In this document: piece by piece, positions 7,971-16,616 of the stretch
Layout: each line of letters opens with the position of its first letter
How positions within the stretch are numbered: the stretch's first letter is position 1
Assembly (NCBI GenBank): GCA_017507065.1
Contig: JAFWBO010000063.1
Location: 1-44,179 of the forward strand
Length of the DNA: 44,179 nt
Reading direction: 5' to 3'
From: Kiritimatiellia bacterium
GTDB taxonomy: Bacteria; Verrucomicrobiota; Kiritimatiellia; RFP12; UBA1067
The notes under the pieces: generated by a model
Databases searched by the model: none
Told to the model about the DNA's origin: nothing
What the model saw: only the letters and a program-made list of their open reading frames with translations
Program-made: the position numbers and the translations under genes

Positions 7971-8832
7971 TTCGATTGCGGTGCTTTTCGACAACCGCTT
8001 CGTAGCGGCGTTTTGTTTTAAGGAAAATCATCGCCGAAAGCGGAATCGTCGCGAGATAGATGAGCCCGGCGATCCCGAGGGTAAGCCACACGTTCGAAAT
8101 CAGAAGGGCGATCGTCAGAAGCGCGACGGCCATGAAGAGCCTGAGCTGCCCGCGCGATTTGAAGTGGATCGCCTTGAGCGATATCGTTGGAAGTCGCGAG
8201 GCCATGAGCAGACCGACGAACAGGAGCATGAAGCATCCGAGCGCCGGATGCTGGAGAATATCCTGGAGAAGCGGGAATTTGCCCTTTGCGTCAAGCGCGA
8301 TGGCGAGAATCGCCGGCGTCAGAACCATCCAGCATCCGCCCGGCGCCGGCACGCCGGTGAAGAAGTGTTTCCAGTACGGAATGGCCGGCGCTTCGAGCAT
8401 GGTGTTGAATCTCGCCAGACGAAAGCAGTCGCAAAGCGCGTAGAAAAGCGAACATCCGAGCACGAGACGCACGGTTTCCTGCGAGAAGCCTTCGTGAACC
8501 GGGCCGCCGGTGAGCCAGAAGAACATGAACATTGCCGGAGCTACGCCGAAATTCACGAAGTCGGCGAGAGAGTCGAGCTCGGCACCGAGCTTGGAACTCG
8601 CTTTGAGGAGCCTCGCGACCCGACCGTCCATTCCGTCGCACACGCATGCGATGAGAAGGGCGTAGAGAGCCTGCTGGAACCTGCCTTCGCTCGAAAGCGT
8701 TATCGACGTGATCCCCGCGCACGCCGCCATGGAAGTGACGAGATTTGGAACGATCGCTTTTATAGGAACGTTGCCGTCGCGCGCGTTTTCGCGGCGCTTT
8801 GAACGGCGCGACCTGAATCTGAAACGGCTCAT
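7948..8832 (-). CDS. pssA: CDP-diacylglycerol--serine O-phosphatidyltransferase (phosphatidylserine synthase)
   Basis: CDP-alcohol phosphatidyltransferase motif DGMDGRVARLLKASSKLGAELDSLAD (DGx2ARx8Gx3Dx3D). Start taken at MSRFRF (ATG 8832) with ACGGAG upstream. The gene lies immediately downstream of psd, and its 3' end overlaps the convergent gene by 23 nt. Confidence 0.85.
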   Translation of the reverse strand: MSRFRFRSRRSKRRENARDGNVPIKAIVPNLVTSMAACAGITSITLSSEGRFQQALYALLIACVCDGMDGRVARLLKASSKLGAELDSLADFVNFGVAPAMFMFFWLTGGPVHEGFSQETVRLVLGCSLFYALCDCFRLARFNTMLEAPAIPYWKHFFTGVPAPGGCWMVLTPAILAIALDAKGKFPLLQDILQHPALGCFMLLFVGLLMASRLPTISLKAIHFKSRGQLRLFMAVALLTIALLISNVWLTLGIAGLIYLATIPLSAMIFLKTKRRYEAVVEKHRNRITGGDAS

Positions 8833-8848
8833 GGAAAAACTCCGTTTT

Positions 8849-9568
8849 TTATGCAAGGCGGCCCAGGATCGTCTCTCCCGCGACCATGATCTGGCCGAGG
8901 CGCACATTCGGCTCCGTCCCGGCGGGCAGATACACGTCAAGCCTCGAACCGAAGCGGATGAGACCGAAGCGCTCCGCACGGCCGAGCCTGTCGCCGTCTT
9001 TCACCTGAGGCACGATGCGTTTGGCCACGAGGCCTGCTATCTGCGTGACGGCGTAGATTTCGCCGGATGCGGCCTTGACGAGATAGTTGCACCTCTCGTT
9101 TTCCTTCGAAGCTTTGTCGAGAGACGCGTTGAAGAATTTGCCTGCGGCGACGTATTCCTTTTTGAGTATCTCGCCCGCGGTGGGCATACGGTTCACATGC
9201 ACGTTGAACACGCTCATGAAGATGGAAACGCGCCAGAATTCCCTGCCCTTGTATTCTTCCATTTCGCCGAGCGAATCCGGGAAGGGAGCCTTTGTTATCA
9301 TGCACACGCGCCCGTCGGCGGGGGAGAGAACGGCCTTTTCGTCGTCCGGCGGATATCGTTCGGGATCGCGGAAGAAAAGAAAAGTCCCGTATGCCAGAAG
9401 GAAGAGAATACCCTCGAGGAACCCGAGGCCCGGCAGAAACCGGTCTATGACAACTGAAGCGGCGGCGGCGATGACGAGCGCAATCACGCCGAACTTCACG
9501 CCTTCGCGGTTTATGTGCGGAAGAAGATACGCCCTGTTCGAGAAATCGGGCTTGGTTTCGTCTTTCAC
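8849..9568 (-). CDS. psd: phosphatidylserine decarboxylase (short, membrane-anchored type)
   Basis: PHINREG...N-terminal TM, and IRFGSRLDVYLP (GS autocleavage site region) near the C-terminus. There is no in-frame ATG before residue ~130, so the start is assigned to GTG 9568, 10 nt after AGGAGA. The upstream part of the track ORF overlaps infC. Confidence 0.8.
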   Translation of the reverse strand: MKDETKPDFSNRAYLLPHINREGVKFGVIALVIAAAASVVIDRFLPGLGFLEGILFLLAYGTFLFFRDPERYPPDDEKAVLSPADGRVCMITKAPFPDSLGEMEEYKGREFWRVSIFMSVFNVHVNRMPTAGEILKKEYVAAGKFFNASLDKASKENERCNYLVKAASGEIYAVTQIAGLVAKRIVPQVKDGDRLGRAERFGLIRFGSRLDVYLPAGTEPNVRLGQIMVAGETILGRLA

Positions 9569-9594
9569 GGCGAAAATTCTCCTGTGATGAAAGT

Positions 9595-10173
9595 TCAGCT
9601 TACCGAGATGCGCACGGCGCCAGGCTCGGACGGCGCGGCTTTCGGAGGCTTGGGCGCGTTTTTCCGGGGCGGACCGATGAGCGCCCCGTGCACGCGGCCG
9701 AGGGTTTTCGGGGCCTGCTCCACGAAACATTCTTCGGCGAGATTTTCAAGAACGCGGCTTATCACGTCTTCGCCGATTTCGCGGTGGGCGTTTTCGCGGC
9801 CGCGGAACTGGAGCGTGAGCTTGACCTTGCAGCCTTCCTGGAGGAAGCCGCGTATCTGGCCGAGCTTGTAGTTGAAATCGTTCGTGTCGGTGCCGGGATG
9901 GAATTTGATTTCCTTCACCTTCTGCACCTTCTGCGCTTTTCTCGCCTGCTTCGCCTTGATGGACTCTTCATACTTGAATTTCCCGTAGTCCATTATTTTG
10001 CAGACGGGAGGGTTGGCGTTGGGGGTTATTTCGACGAGGTCGAGACCGTTTCGGTCCGCCAGGCGCTGGGCTTCGTGTGTCGGCATGACACCGAGCATTT
10101 TTCCAGTGGAATCAAGAACGCGAACCTGCGGAACGCGGATCTTGTAATTTACGCGAGTGAACTGCTGTGAGAT
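9595..10173 (-). CDS. infC: translation initiation factor IF-3, probable non-AUG (ATC) start
   Basis: VNYKIRVPQVRVLDSTG...NPPVCKIMDYGKFKYEE and the C-domain are diagnostic. ATC at 10173-10171 is preceded by AAGGGG, then a 6-nt spacer. The only in-frame ATG (10209) directly abuts the tRNA CCA end and has no room for an SD. The start is uncertain among 10173, 10206 (ATT) and 10209. Confidence 0.85.
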   Translation of the reverse strand: MSQQFTRVNYKIRVPQVRVLDSTGKMLGVMPTHEAQRLADRNGLDLVEITPNANPPVCKIMDYGKFKYEESIKAKQARKAQKVQKVKEIKFHPGTDTNDFNYKLGQIRGFLQEGCKVKLTLQFRGRENAHREIGEDVISRVLENLAEECFVEQAPKTLGRVHGALIGPPRKNAPKPPKAAPSEPGAVRISVS

Positions 10174-10209
10174 AAGGCACCCCTTTTTTTGTTGGTCCTC
10201 GTGAATCAT

Positions 10210-10294
10210 TGGTGCTCGGGGCGGGACTCGAACCCGCAAGGATCTCTCCACATGCACCTCAAGCATGCGTGTCTGCCAATTTCACCACCCGAGC
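10210..10294 (-). tRNA. tRNA-Leu (anticodon GAG), CCA encoded
   Basis: Hand-folded at 85 nt: acceptor GCTCGGG/CCCGAGC, anticodon arm CATGC-TTGAGGT-GCATG, long variable arm, T arm GCGGG-TTCGAGT-CCCGC, discriminator A, CCA. Confidence 0.9.
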
Positions 10295-10313
10295 AGGTGA
10301 TTGATTGGCGCAT

Positions 10314-10342
10314 ATTATACCATATTGTTTCGGTGAATGCAA
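10314..10342 (-). promoter_or_regulatory. sigma70-type promoter for tRNA-Leu(GAG)/infC (TTGCAT-17 nt-TATAAT, TGn)
   Basis: The minus strand reads TTGCAT (10342-10337), a 17-nt spacer, then TGGTATAAT (10322-10314). The predicted start is about 13 nt before the mature tRNA 5' end. Confidence 0.6.
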
Positions 10343-10386
10343 CCCCCTCTTTTTTTGTTCTTTCGGAACGCGAAAAGAGGAATTTA

Positions 10387-10395
10387 TGGTATAAT
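10387..10395 (+). promoter_or_regulatory. extended -10 element (TGGTATAAT) upstream of purE
   Basis: TGGTATAAT at 10387-10395, 41 nt before the purE ATG. No good -35 is visible. It is divergent from the tRNA-Leu promoter in the same AT-rich island. Confidence 0.5.
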
Positions 10396-10435
10396 ATCGG
10401 AAATCAACGATACTAAACGAAGGAGACTTTTTTGT

Positions 10436-10936
10436 ATGTCAGAGCTTAAAGTCGGCATTGTCATGGGCAGCGATTCTGATTGGCCGCAGGTTAAGAAAAC
10501 CTGCGAGACTCTCGACAGGTTCGGCGTCGGATACGAGACGCGCGTCATTTCCGCGCACAGGACGCCGGAGGAGGCGATAGAATATTCCAAGAGCGCCGAG
10601 GCGCGCTCGATCGGCGTGATCATCGCCGCGGCCGGCGGCGCGGCGCATCTCGCTGGCGTGCTTGCGGCCGGAACGGTTCTCCCCGTGATCGGCATCCCGA
10701 TGGCCGGAGGAGCGCTGAACGGCCTCGATGCCCTCTATGCGACGGTCCAGATGCCCGGCGGCGTGCCCGTGGCCACGGTCGCCGTCGGGAGCGCGGGGCC
10801 GGTGAACGCGGCGCTCCTCGCGGTGCAGATACTCGGCACGGCCGATCCGGAGCTGCGCGAAAAATTCCGCGCCCACAAGGAAGAGCTCAAGCGCAAAGTG
10901 GCCGCGGCAGACGACAGAATACATTCAGAGGCATGA
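10436..10936 (+). CDS. purE: 5-(carboxyamino)imidazole ribonucleotide mutase
   Basis: Start at MSELKVGIVMGSDSDWP (AGGAG 10 nt upstream). GSDSDWP and AAGGAAHLAGV motifs are present; 166 aa. Confidence 0.93.
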   Translation: MSELKVGIVMGSDSDWPQVKKTCETLDRFGVGYETRVISAHRTPEEAIEYSKSAEARSIGVIIAAAGGAAHLAGVLAAGTVLPVIGIPMAGGALNGLDALYATVQMPGGVPVATVAVGSAGPVNAALLAVQILGTADPELREKFRAHKEELKRKVAAADDRIHSEA

Positions 10937-12618
10937 GCGGATCGTTTGCAGAACTCGTTCTCAAGGCGACGGGAATCTATTCCGACGCCCAGGTTTCGCG
11001 CATAACAGAAGCGCGCGACGCCAATCCCGGTATGGGGCTCGCGGAAGCCGCGGTGAAATTCGGCGGGCGGAAAGAAGCCGAATTCATCGAAGCGGCGGGG
11101 CGTTCGCTCGGTCTCGAGACGGTCGATCTCTCGCGCCGCCAGCCGAGCCCCGACGCCCTCGCGGCGCTTCCGGCGAGCGCCGTGTACCAGTACGGCGTGC
11201 TTCCTTTCAAGATCGATGCGGCTTCCATAACGGTTGTGACCGGCGACCCGTTCGATACGAAGGCTCCTGACGGAATACGCCTTATCGCGCAGCGTCCGGT
11301 GAAAGTCGCGCTCGCTCCGCGCGACGATGTCGAGAAGGCCGTCAAGAAATATTACGGCGTCGGCGCCGACGCGATCGAGAAGATGATAGAGGACGGCAGA
11401 TACGCCGTCGACGAAGACGCCGGCTCGATGACGAAGATCGACGTCAACGAGATGGGCGAGGAGGCCTCGATCGTCAAGTTCGTCAACCAGATCATCGCCG
11501 AAGCAGACCGCCAGGGCGCCACCGATATCCATATAGAGCCGCAGGAGACCGAACTCAGGATCCGCTACCGCATAGACGGCATGCTGCACAAGGTGGACGT
11601 GCCACCGCAGCTCAACCGCCTCAAATCGGCCATCATTTCCCGCATCAAGGTGATGGCCAACCTCGATATCGCTGAAAAGCGCCTGCCGATGGACGGCCGC
11701 ATAGGCATCCGCATCGCCGGGCAGGACATAGACATCCGCGTGTCGACGATGCCGGCGGCGTACGGCGAATCTGTCTCGCTGCGTCTTCTCGCCAAGAGCG
11801 GCAGTTTCGTGAAGATGGACGATCTCGGTTTCAACGAGCGCGACTATGCGGTGGTCAACAGGATCATCCACCGTCCGAACGGCATATTCCTCGTCACAGG
11901 ACCTACCGGCTCTGGAAAGTCGACGTCGCTTTATTCGTTCCTCTCCGAAGTGAACAAGATCGACGTGAGAATAATGACGGCCGAAGACCCCATCGAATAC
12001 CACATGGCCGGCATCAACCAGGTTCAGATGCAGAGCGACATCGGCATGACGTTCGCCCGGGCGCTGCGCGCGTTTCTCCGCCAGGATCCAGACATAATAA
12101 TGGTCGGCGAAATCCGCGACCGCGAGACGGCCGAGATCGCCATCAACGCTTCGCTCACGGGCCACATGGTGTTTTCAACGCTGCACACGAACGATGCGGC
12201 GGGCGCCTTCCCGCGTCTCATCGACATGGGCGTGGAGCCGTTCCTCATCGCCTCGGCCGTGGCCGGCGTGATGGGGCAGCGCCTTTGCAGGCGGCTCTGC
12301 CCGAAATGCATGCGCGAGATTCCGCTCGACCGCAAATGGTACACGCTCGGCTATCCGCCCGAAAAAGACACCGTCTTCGAGCCGGTCGGTTGCGACGAGT
12401 GCACGCGCACCGGATACAAGGGGCGCCGTGCGCTTTTCGAGGTGCTCGAGGTCGACGAAGACATAGAAGGAGCCGTCGTGCGCCGCGAGAACGCCACCCA
12501 GATACGCAATATTTCGCTGTCCAAAGGCATGAAAACTCTCCGCGAAGACGGATGGGCGAAGATTTTCCGCGGGGTGACGAGCGTAAAAGAGGTGATGCGC
12601 GTCACCGAGGACCAGTAG
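10933..12618 (+). CDS. GspE/PilB-family secretion or type IV pilus assembly ATPase
   Basis: 561 aa with ATGA overlap onto purE. It has an N-terminal T2SSE_N-like domain, Walker A GPTGSGKST, an Asp box and Walker B (IMVGEIRD), a His box (GHMVFSTLHTNDA) and the tetracysteine CRRLCPKC...CDEC. No pilC/gspF or pilM-Q genes are nearby. Confidence 0.88.
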   Translation: MSGSFAELVLKATGIYSDAQVSRITEARDANPGMGLAEAAVKFGGRKEAEFIEAAGRSLGLETVDLSRRQPSPDALAALPASAVYQYGVLPFKIDAASITVVTGDPFDTKAPDGIRLIAQRPVKVALAPRDDVEKAVKKYYGVGADAIEKMIEDGRYAVDEDAGSMTKIDVNEMGEEASIVKFVNQIIAEADRQGATDIHIEPQETELRIRYRIDGMLHKVDVPPQLNRLKSAIISRIKVMANLDIAEKRLPMDGRIGIRIAGQDIDIRVSTMPAAYGESVSLRLLAKSGSFVKMDDLGFNERDYAVVNRIIHRPNGIFLVTGPTGSGKSTSLYSFLSEVNKIDVRIMTAEDPIEYHMAGINQVQMQSDIGMTFARALRAFLRQDPDIIMVGEIRDRETAEIAINASLTGHMVFSTLHTNDAAGAFPRLIDMGVEPFLIASAVAGVMGQRLCRRLCPKCMREIPLDRKWYTLGYPPEKDTVFEPVGCDECTRTGYKGRRALFEVLEVDEDIEGAVVRRENATQIRNISLSKGMKTLREDGWAKIFRGVTSVKEVMRVTEDQ

Positions 12619-12625
12619 GAAAGTC

Positions 12626-14035
12626 ATGGCGGTGCAGTTCACGCAGTCTGTCTCGCAGCGGCAGACGATTTCTCCCAGGCAGCGTCTCGGCATCGAGATG
12701 CTCGGCAAGAGTCTCCCCGCGCTGAGAGAATATCTATACGGAGCGATGGCGGAGAACCCGTGCATAGAAGATATAGAGCCCACGCTTGAAAAGACGACCG
12801 TTTCCGAGGCGGAACGTGCGGAAGAGCCGGATGGCGCCGCCGGAGACAGCGCCGAGTGGCCGGACGACGACGACGGCGGCGAGAGCGCCTACAGCGCCGA
12901 TGCCGACGCGATGGAACGTCGGCGCCGATTTCTCGAATCGCAGGCGGCCGAAGAGACTCTCGAAGAACATCTCATGGCCGAGATAAGGGTTTCTGACATC
13001 CCGGAATCCGATAAGCCCCTCGCCGAAATACTCGCGGGGGAACTCGACGGCAACGGATATTTCGCCGGGTCGGTGCCCGACCTCGTCATGGTGACCGGCG
13101 AGAGCGAAGAGAAAATCCTCTCGGTGCTTTCGATGATAACGGCGCTCGATCCGCCAGGGTGCGGGGCCAGAAGCCTTTCGGAATGCCTTTTGGCGCAAGT
13201 GGAAAAGCTCGATGGCGCGCCGGGCGCCGGGGCCGTCAGGGGAATTCTCGAAAAGGGGCTTCTCGAAGCGGTTGCCGCGGGAGACTACGGCAGGATATGC
13301 AGCGCGCTTTCGATAAGCCGCGATGAATGCCGGAAGGCCGTGGATCTTCTCAAGTCTCTCGAGCCCAAACCTGCCAGAGCATATCCTTCGCGAGGCAAAG
13401 GCGTGGAATTCGTAAACCCGGAAGTGCATGCCGTAAAAGGGGCGGACGGCCGCTGGATGGCGGAGGTCGACGAGAGAAGCCTTCCGGAAATACGCATTTC
13501 GCAGCGCTATCTCGACATGTTGAAAGATTCCCGGACCGACGACGAGACGAAGCAGTACATAAAAGGGCGCATCGCCGCCGCGAATCTTCTCGTCGACGCC
13601 GTGGCCAGAAGACAGGAGACCGTGCGGCGCATAGCGCAGGCGATATTCGACGCGCAGAGCGGCTTTTTCACCGGCGGCCTCAAGGCTCTCAAGCCGCTCA
13701 CGATGTCCGAGATAGCCCGGAAGGCCGATGTCCACGAGACGACGGTATCGAGGACGGTGCGCGACAAATACGCTTCGACGCCGAAGGGCACCGTGGAACT
13801 TAGGCGGTTTTTCACCGGCGGAGGTTTCGCCGCGGCAGGAGGGGAGAGCGTCACAAAAGACTCCGTAGAGGAGATGATAAAGGAGATGATCGGACGCGAA
13901 GACAGGGCAAAGCCGCTTTCCGACGACGCCGTCTCCAAGGCTCTTTCCGCAAAGGGGCTTTCTGTCGCCCGCCGCACGGTGGCGAAATACCGTTCCGTTC
14001 TCGGCATCCCGTCCGCATCGGAGAGGCGCAGATGA
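12626..14035 (+). CDS. rpoN: RNA polymerase sigma-54 factor
   Basis: 469 aa. Region I (QSVSQRQTISPRQRLGIEML), an acidic region II, and the C-terminal HTH plus RpoN box (ARRTVAKYRSVLGIP). Confidence 0.93.
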   Translation: MAVQFTQSVSQRQTISPRQRLGIEMLGKSLPALREYLYGAMAENPCIEDIEPTLEKTTVSEAERAEEPDGAAGDSAEWPDDDDGGESAYSADADAMERRRRFLESQAAEETLEEHLMAEIRVSDIPESDKPLAEILAGELDGNGYFAGSVPDLVMVTGESEEKILSVLSMITALDPPGCGARSLSECLLAQVEKLDGAPGAGAVRGILEKGLLEAVAAGDYGRICSALSISRDECRKAVDLLKSLEPKPARAYPSRGKGVEFVNPEVHAVKGADGRWMAEVDERSLPEIRISQRYLDMLKDSRTDDETKQYIKGRIAAANLLVDAVARRQETVRRIAQAIFDAQSGFFTGGLKALKPLTMSEIARKADVHETTVSRTVRDKYASTPKGTVELRRFFTGGGFAAAGGESVTKDSVEEMIKEMIGREDRAKPLSDDAVSKALSAKGLSVARRTVAKYRSVLGIPSASERRR

Positions 14036-16305
14036 CGCCGGCAGAATTCATCGACGATCCGGAGTGGTGGAAGTTTCTCCCCGAGACGAAGGATCCGCCG
14101 TCGCGCAGGCATCTTCCTGCGCATGAAGACTGCTCGCCCGTCGATCCCGGCGCGGCCGCATCGCATCTGATGGCGGGCGGAGTCCTCGGCTCGATGAGCG
14201 GCTATGAAGAGCGTCCGGGGCAGATAGACATGGCCCGCGCCGTGACGGAAGCGTTCGATTCCAGGCGCCATCTCATGATAGAAGCAGGCACGGGCGTGGG
14301 AAAGTCGCTCGCGTATCTCGTCCCTTCGATACTGTGGAGCCGAGTCAACGACACACCGGTCGTCGTCTCCACGGCCACGCGCAATCTCCAGAGCCAGCTC
14401 ATCGCCTCCGACATTCCGAAGGCGCTCGGCGTGCTCGGCGACGATGCCGCGAAATACAAGGTCGCGCTTCTCAAGGGGCGGTCGAACTATCTCTGTCTCA
14501 GGGAGCTTGCCGAATTCTTCTCTTCCGGCTACTGGACCATGTCGCGCGCCGATCAGGCGGCGATGCCGCGATTCATCGAATGGCTCAAATCCACCGAAGA
14601 CGGGGATCTCGACGGCATGGACATGCTCGACAGGAGCATGCTGTCATGTCCAGGCGAGGAGTGCGGCGGCAGGAGATGCCGCTTTTATTCGCGGTGTTTC
14701 GTGTACAGGGCTCGCAGGAACGCTTCAGCCGCCCATCTCGTGATCGCGAACCACGCGCTTGTCATAGCCGAAGCTTGCGGCGGAACGGGTTCGATACTTC
14801 CAGCGTACGCAAGGCTCGTGATGGACGAAGCCCACAATCTCGAGTCTATCGCGACCGACCAGTTCAGCCGCGAAGTTTCCCAGCCTGCGATGAGGCGCAT
14901 ACTCGACAGGCTTCACCGGGCGGGGCGCGGCAGGCGCTCGTCGGCCTCCGGGGCCCTTGCCAATATCGGGCGTCTCGTCGCGCGCGGCGCTGCGCCCGAT
15001 GGTGTGGAGAGGCTTCTCGAAAAGGCCATGGTCTCGCTTGCGGCGATACCGAAAAAACTGTCGGCTCTTGTCGAAGAGGCGGGCAGGATGCTGCGCTTCT
15101 CCAATGCCGGCGCAGGCGCGGTTGTCAGATACAAGATTGAAGACGGGAAACGCCGCTATTCTCTGCATGGCGTTTTCAAAGAGTTCGACGGCGACGGCTG
15201 GGACGAGGACCGTCTCCGTTCGCTGAGGCTCGCGCTCGAGAGCGAAATCGCGGCAGAGGTTAATATTCTCCACGAAATCATGGCGGTTTCCGACGGCGGC
15301 GAAGAAACTCCCGCGGATCTCGCCGAGGCTTCGGCGCAGCTCGCCGGCGCGGCGGAAAGCCTCGTGGCTTTTTCCAACGACGTGTTTTTCACGCTTGCCG
15401 GAGAAAGCGCCGATTACGCTTATTGGTGCGAGCGTACGGCAGCGCCGAAGCGACATTCGTACGTGAGGCTCGTGGCGGCGCCGCTTTCCGTCGCGGGAGA
15501 GCTCGAGAAGATTCTGTACGACCGCAAAGACAGCGTCATCCTTTCTTCGGCCACGCTGCGCGTCGGCAACGATTTCAGATACACGGCAAGCCGTCTCGGC
15601 GCGGAAGGCGGGCGGTTCTCGGCGCTCGTCGCTGCTTCGCCGTTCGATTATTTCCGCCAGTCGTGCGTGCTTGCGGCCGATTTCGCGCCCGATCCTTCGA
15701 AGAACGCCAAAGCGTACGCCTCCGCCGTGGCGGAGATGTCGGAGAAGGCCGTCGCTGCTGCAGGAGGGCGCACGCTCGTCCTTTTCACGAGTTACGAGAT
15801 GATGAATGCCGTCGCGGACATTGCAAGGCCTGCCATGGATGCGATGGGAATGAGGCTTATAGTGCAGGGCGAAGGCGTAGGGCGCGAGGCGATGGGCGCC
15901 GCGCTGCGCGAACGCGGCGGGGAGGGCACCGTTCTTTTCGGGGCGCAGTCGTTCTGGGAGGGCGTGGACATTCCCGGAGAAGCGCTTTCATGCGTGATCA
16001 TCGCGCGGCTTCCTTTCGCGCAGCTCGGCGATCCTGTGGTGGAGGCGCGCGGCGAGCGCATCGAGCAGGGGGGCGGGAGTGCGTTTCGTGATTATCTTCT
16101 TCCCGATGCGGCGATAAAGTTCCGCCAGGGGTTCGGGCGTCTCATACGTTCGAAGCGCGACAGGGGCGTGGTGATAGTCGCGGATCCGCGCATAGTGACG
16201 AAGAATTACGGCTCTGTTTTCAGGAAATCGATTCCTGCATCGGTGCATACCGTATCCGACATCGACTCGCTTGCCGAAAAGACAGCAGCCTTTTTCGACA
16301 TCTGA
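14032..16305 (+). CDS. dinG: DinG/Rad3-family ATP-dependent DNA helicase (Fe-S type)
   Basis: 757 aa with ATGA overlap onto rpoN. It has EAGTGVGKSLAYL (Walker A), DEAHNLE and a four-Cys cluster (CPGEECGGRRCRFYSRC), with C-terminal helicase motifs (FGAQSFWEGVD, ...RLIRS). Confidence 0.85.
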   Translation: MTPAEFIDDPEWWKFLPETKDPPSRRHLPAHEDCSPVDPGAAASHLMAGGVLGSMSGYEERPGQIDMARAVTEAFDSRRHLMIEAGTGVGKSLAYLVPSILWSRVNDTPVVVSTATRNLQSQLIASDIPKALGVLGDDAAKYKVALLKGRSNYLCLRELAEFFSSGYWTMSRADQAAMPRFIEWLKSTEDGDLDGMDMLDRSMLSCPGEECGGRRCRFYSRCFVYRARRNASAAHLVIANHALVIAEACGGTGSILPAYARLVMDEAHNLESIATDQFSREVSQPAMRRILDRLHRAGRGRRSSASGALANIGRLVARGAAPDGVERLLEKAMVSLAAIPKKLSALVEEAGRMLRFSNAGAGAVVRYKIEDGKRRYSLHGVFKEFDGDGWDEDRLRSLRLALESEIAAEVNILHEIMAVSDGGEETPADLAEASAQLAGAAESLVAFSNDVFFTLAGESADYAYWCERTAAPKRHSYVRLVAAPLSVAGELEKILYDRKDSVILSSATLRVGNDFRYTASRLGAEGGRFSALVAASPFDYFRQSCVLAADFAPDPSKNAKAYASAVAEMSEKAVAAAGGRTLVLFTSYEMMNAVADIARPAMDAMGMRLIVQGEGVGREAMGAALRERGGEGTVLFGAQSFWEGVDIPGEALSCVIIARLPFAQLGDPVVEARGERIEQGGGSAFRDYLLPDAAIKFRQGFGRLIRSKRDRGVVIVADPRIVTKNYGSVFRKSIPASVHTVSDIDSLAEKTAAFFDI

Positions 16306-16360
16306 CTTCAAAATTTTCCAGCCTCCCATTGTCCAACTTTCATTTTCCTCTCGCGGCCTA

Positions 16361-16389
16361 TTGACATTATGCGATCAATATGAGATAAT
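16361..16389 (+). promoter_or_regulatory. sigma70-type promoter for the tRNA-Leu/tRNA-Glu-led unit (TTGACA-17 nt-GATAAT)
   Basis: Consensus TTGACA at 16361-16366 and GATAAT at 16384-16389, 12 nt before the tRNA 5' end. Confidence 0.65.
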
Positions 16390-16400
16390 ATGCGCTCGTA

Positions 16401-16485
16401 GCACCCGTGGTGAAATTGGCATACACGCCAGATTCAGGTTCTGGTGCCGCAAGGTGTGTGGGTTCAAATCCCACCGGGTGCACCA
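16401..16485 (+). tRNA. tRNA-Leu (anticodon CAG), CCA encoded
   Basis: Hand-folded at 85 nt: acceptor GCACCCG/CGGGTGC, anticodon arm CCAGA-TTCAGGT-TCTGG, long variable arm, T arm GTGGG-TTCAAAT-CCCAC, A, CCA. Confidence 0.9.
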
Positions 16486-16494
16486 AAACTATAC

Positions 16495-16569
16495 GGCCCC
16501 TTCGTCTATCGGCTAGGACATCTGGTTCTCATCCAGGCAAGAGGAGTTCGACTCTCCTAGGGGCTGCCA
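16495..16569 (+). tRNA. tRNA-Glu (anticodon CTC), CCA encoded
   Basis: 75 nt, closely parallel to the bacterial tRNA-Glu layout (GGCCCCTTCGTCTA...AGGAG-TTCGACT-CTCCT-AGGGGCT-G-CCA). The anticodon loop is TTCTCAT. The acceptor closes with a G1-U72 wobble as I folded it. Confidence 0.85.
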
Positions 16570-16616
16570 GTTCCGCAAATGCGGATTGGGCGGAATACGG
16601 GACGGCATTGAAGACG

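Noticed and set aside
10207-10209. ATG immediately after the tRNA CCA end as the infC start.
   Set aside because: It is not excluded, but there is no space for an SD because the upstream nucleotides are the tRNA acceptor stem. The downstream ATC has a well-spaced AAGGGG. The ATG is kept as an alternative in the finding.
16407-16616. 5' part of the 681-aa track ORF, which reads through tRNA-Leu and tRNA-Glu.
   Set aside because: The region folds into two canonical tRNAs with encoded CCA ends. The protein most likely starts at TTG 16608 or GTG 16617, just before its TM anchor.
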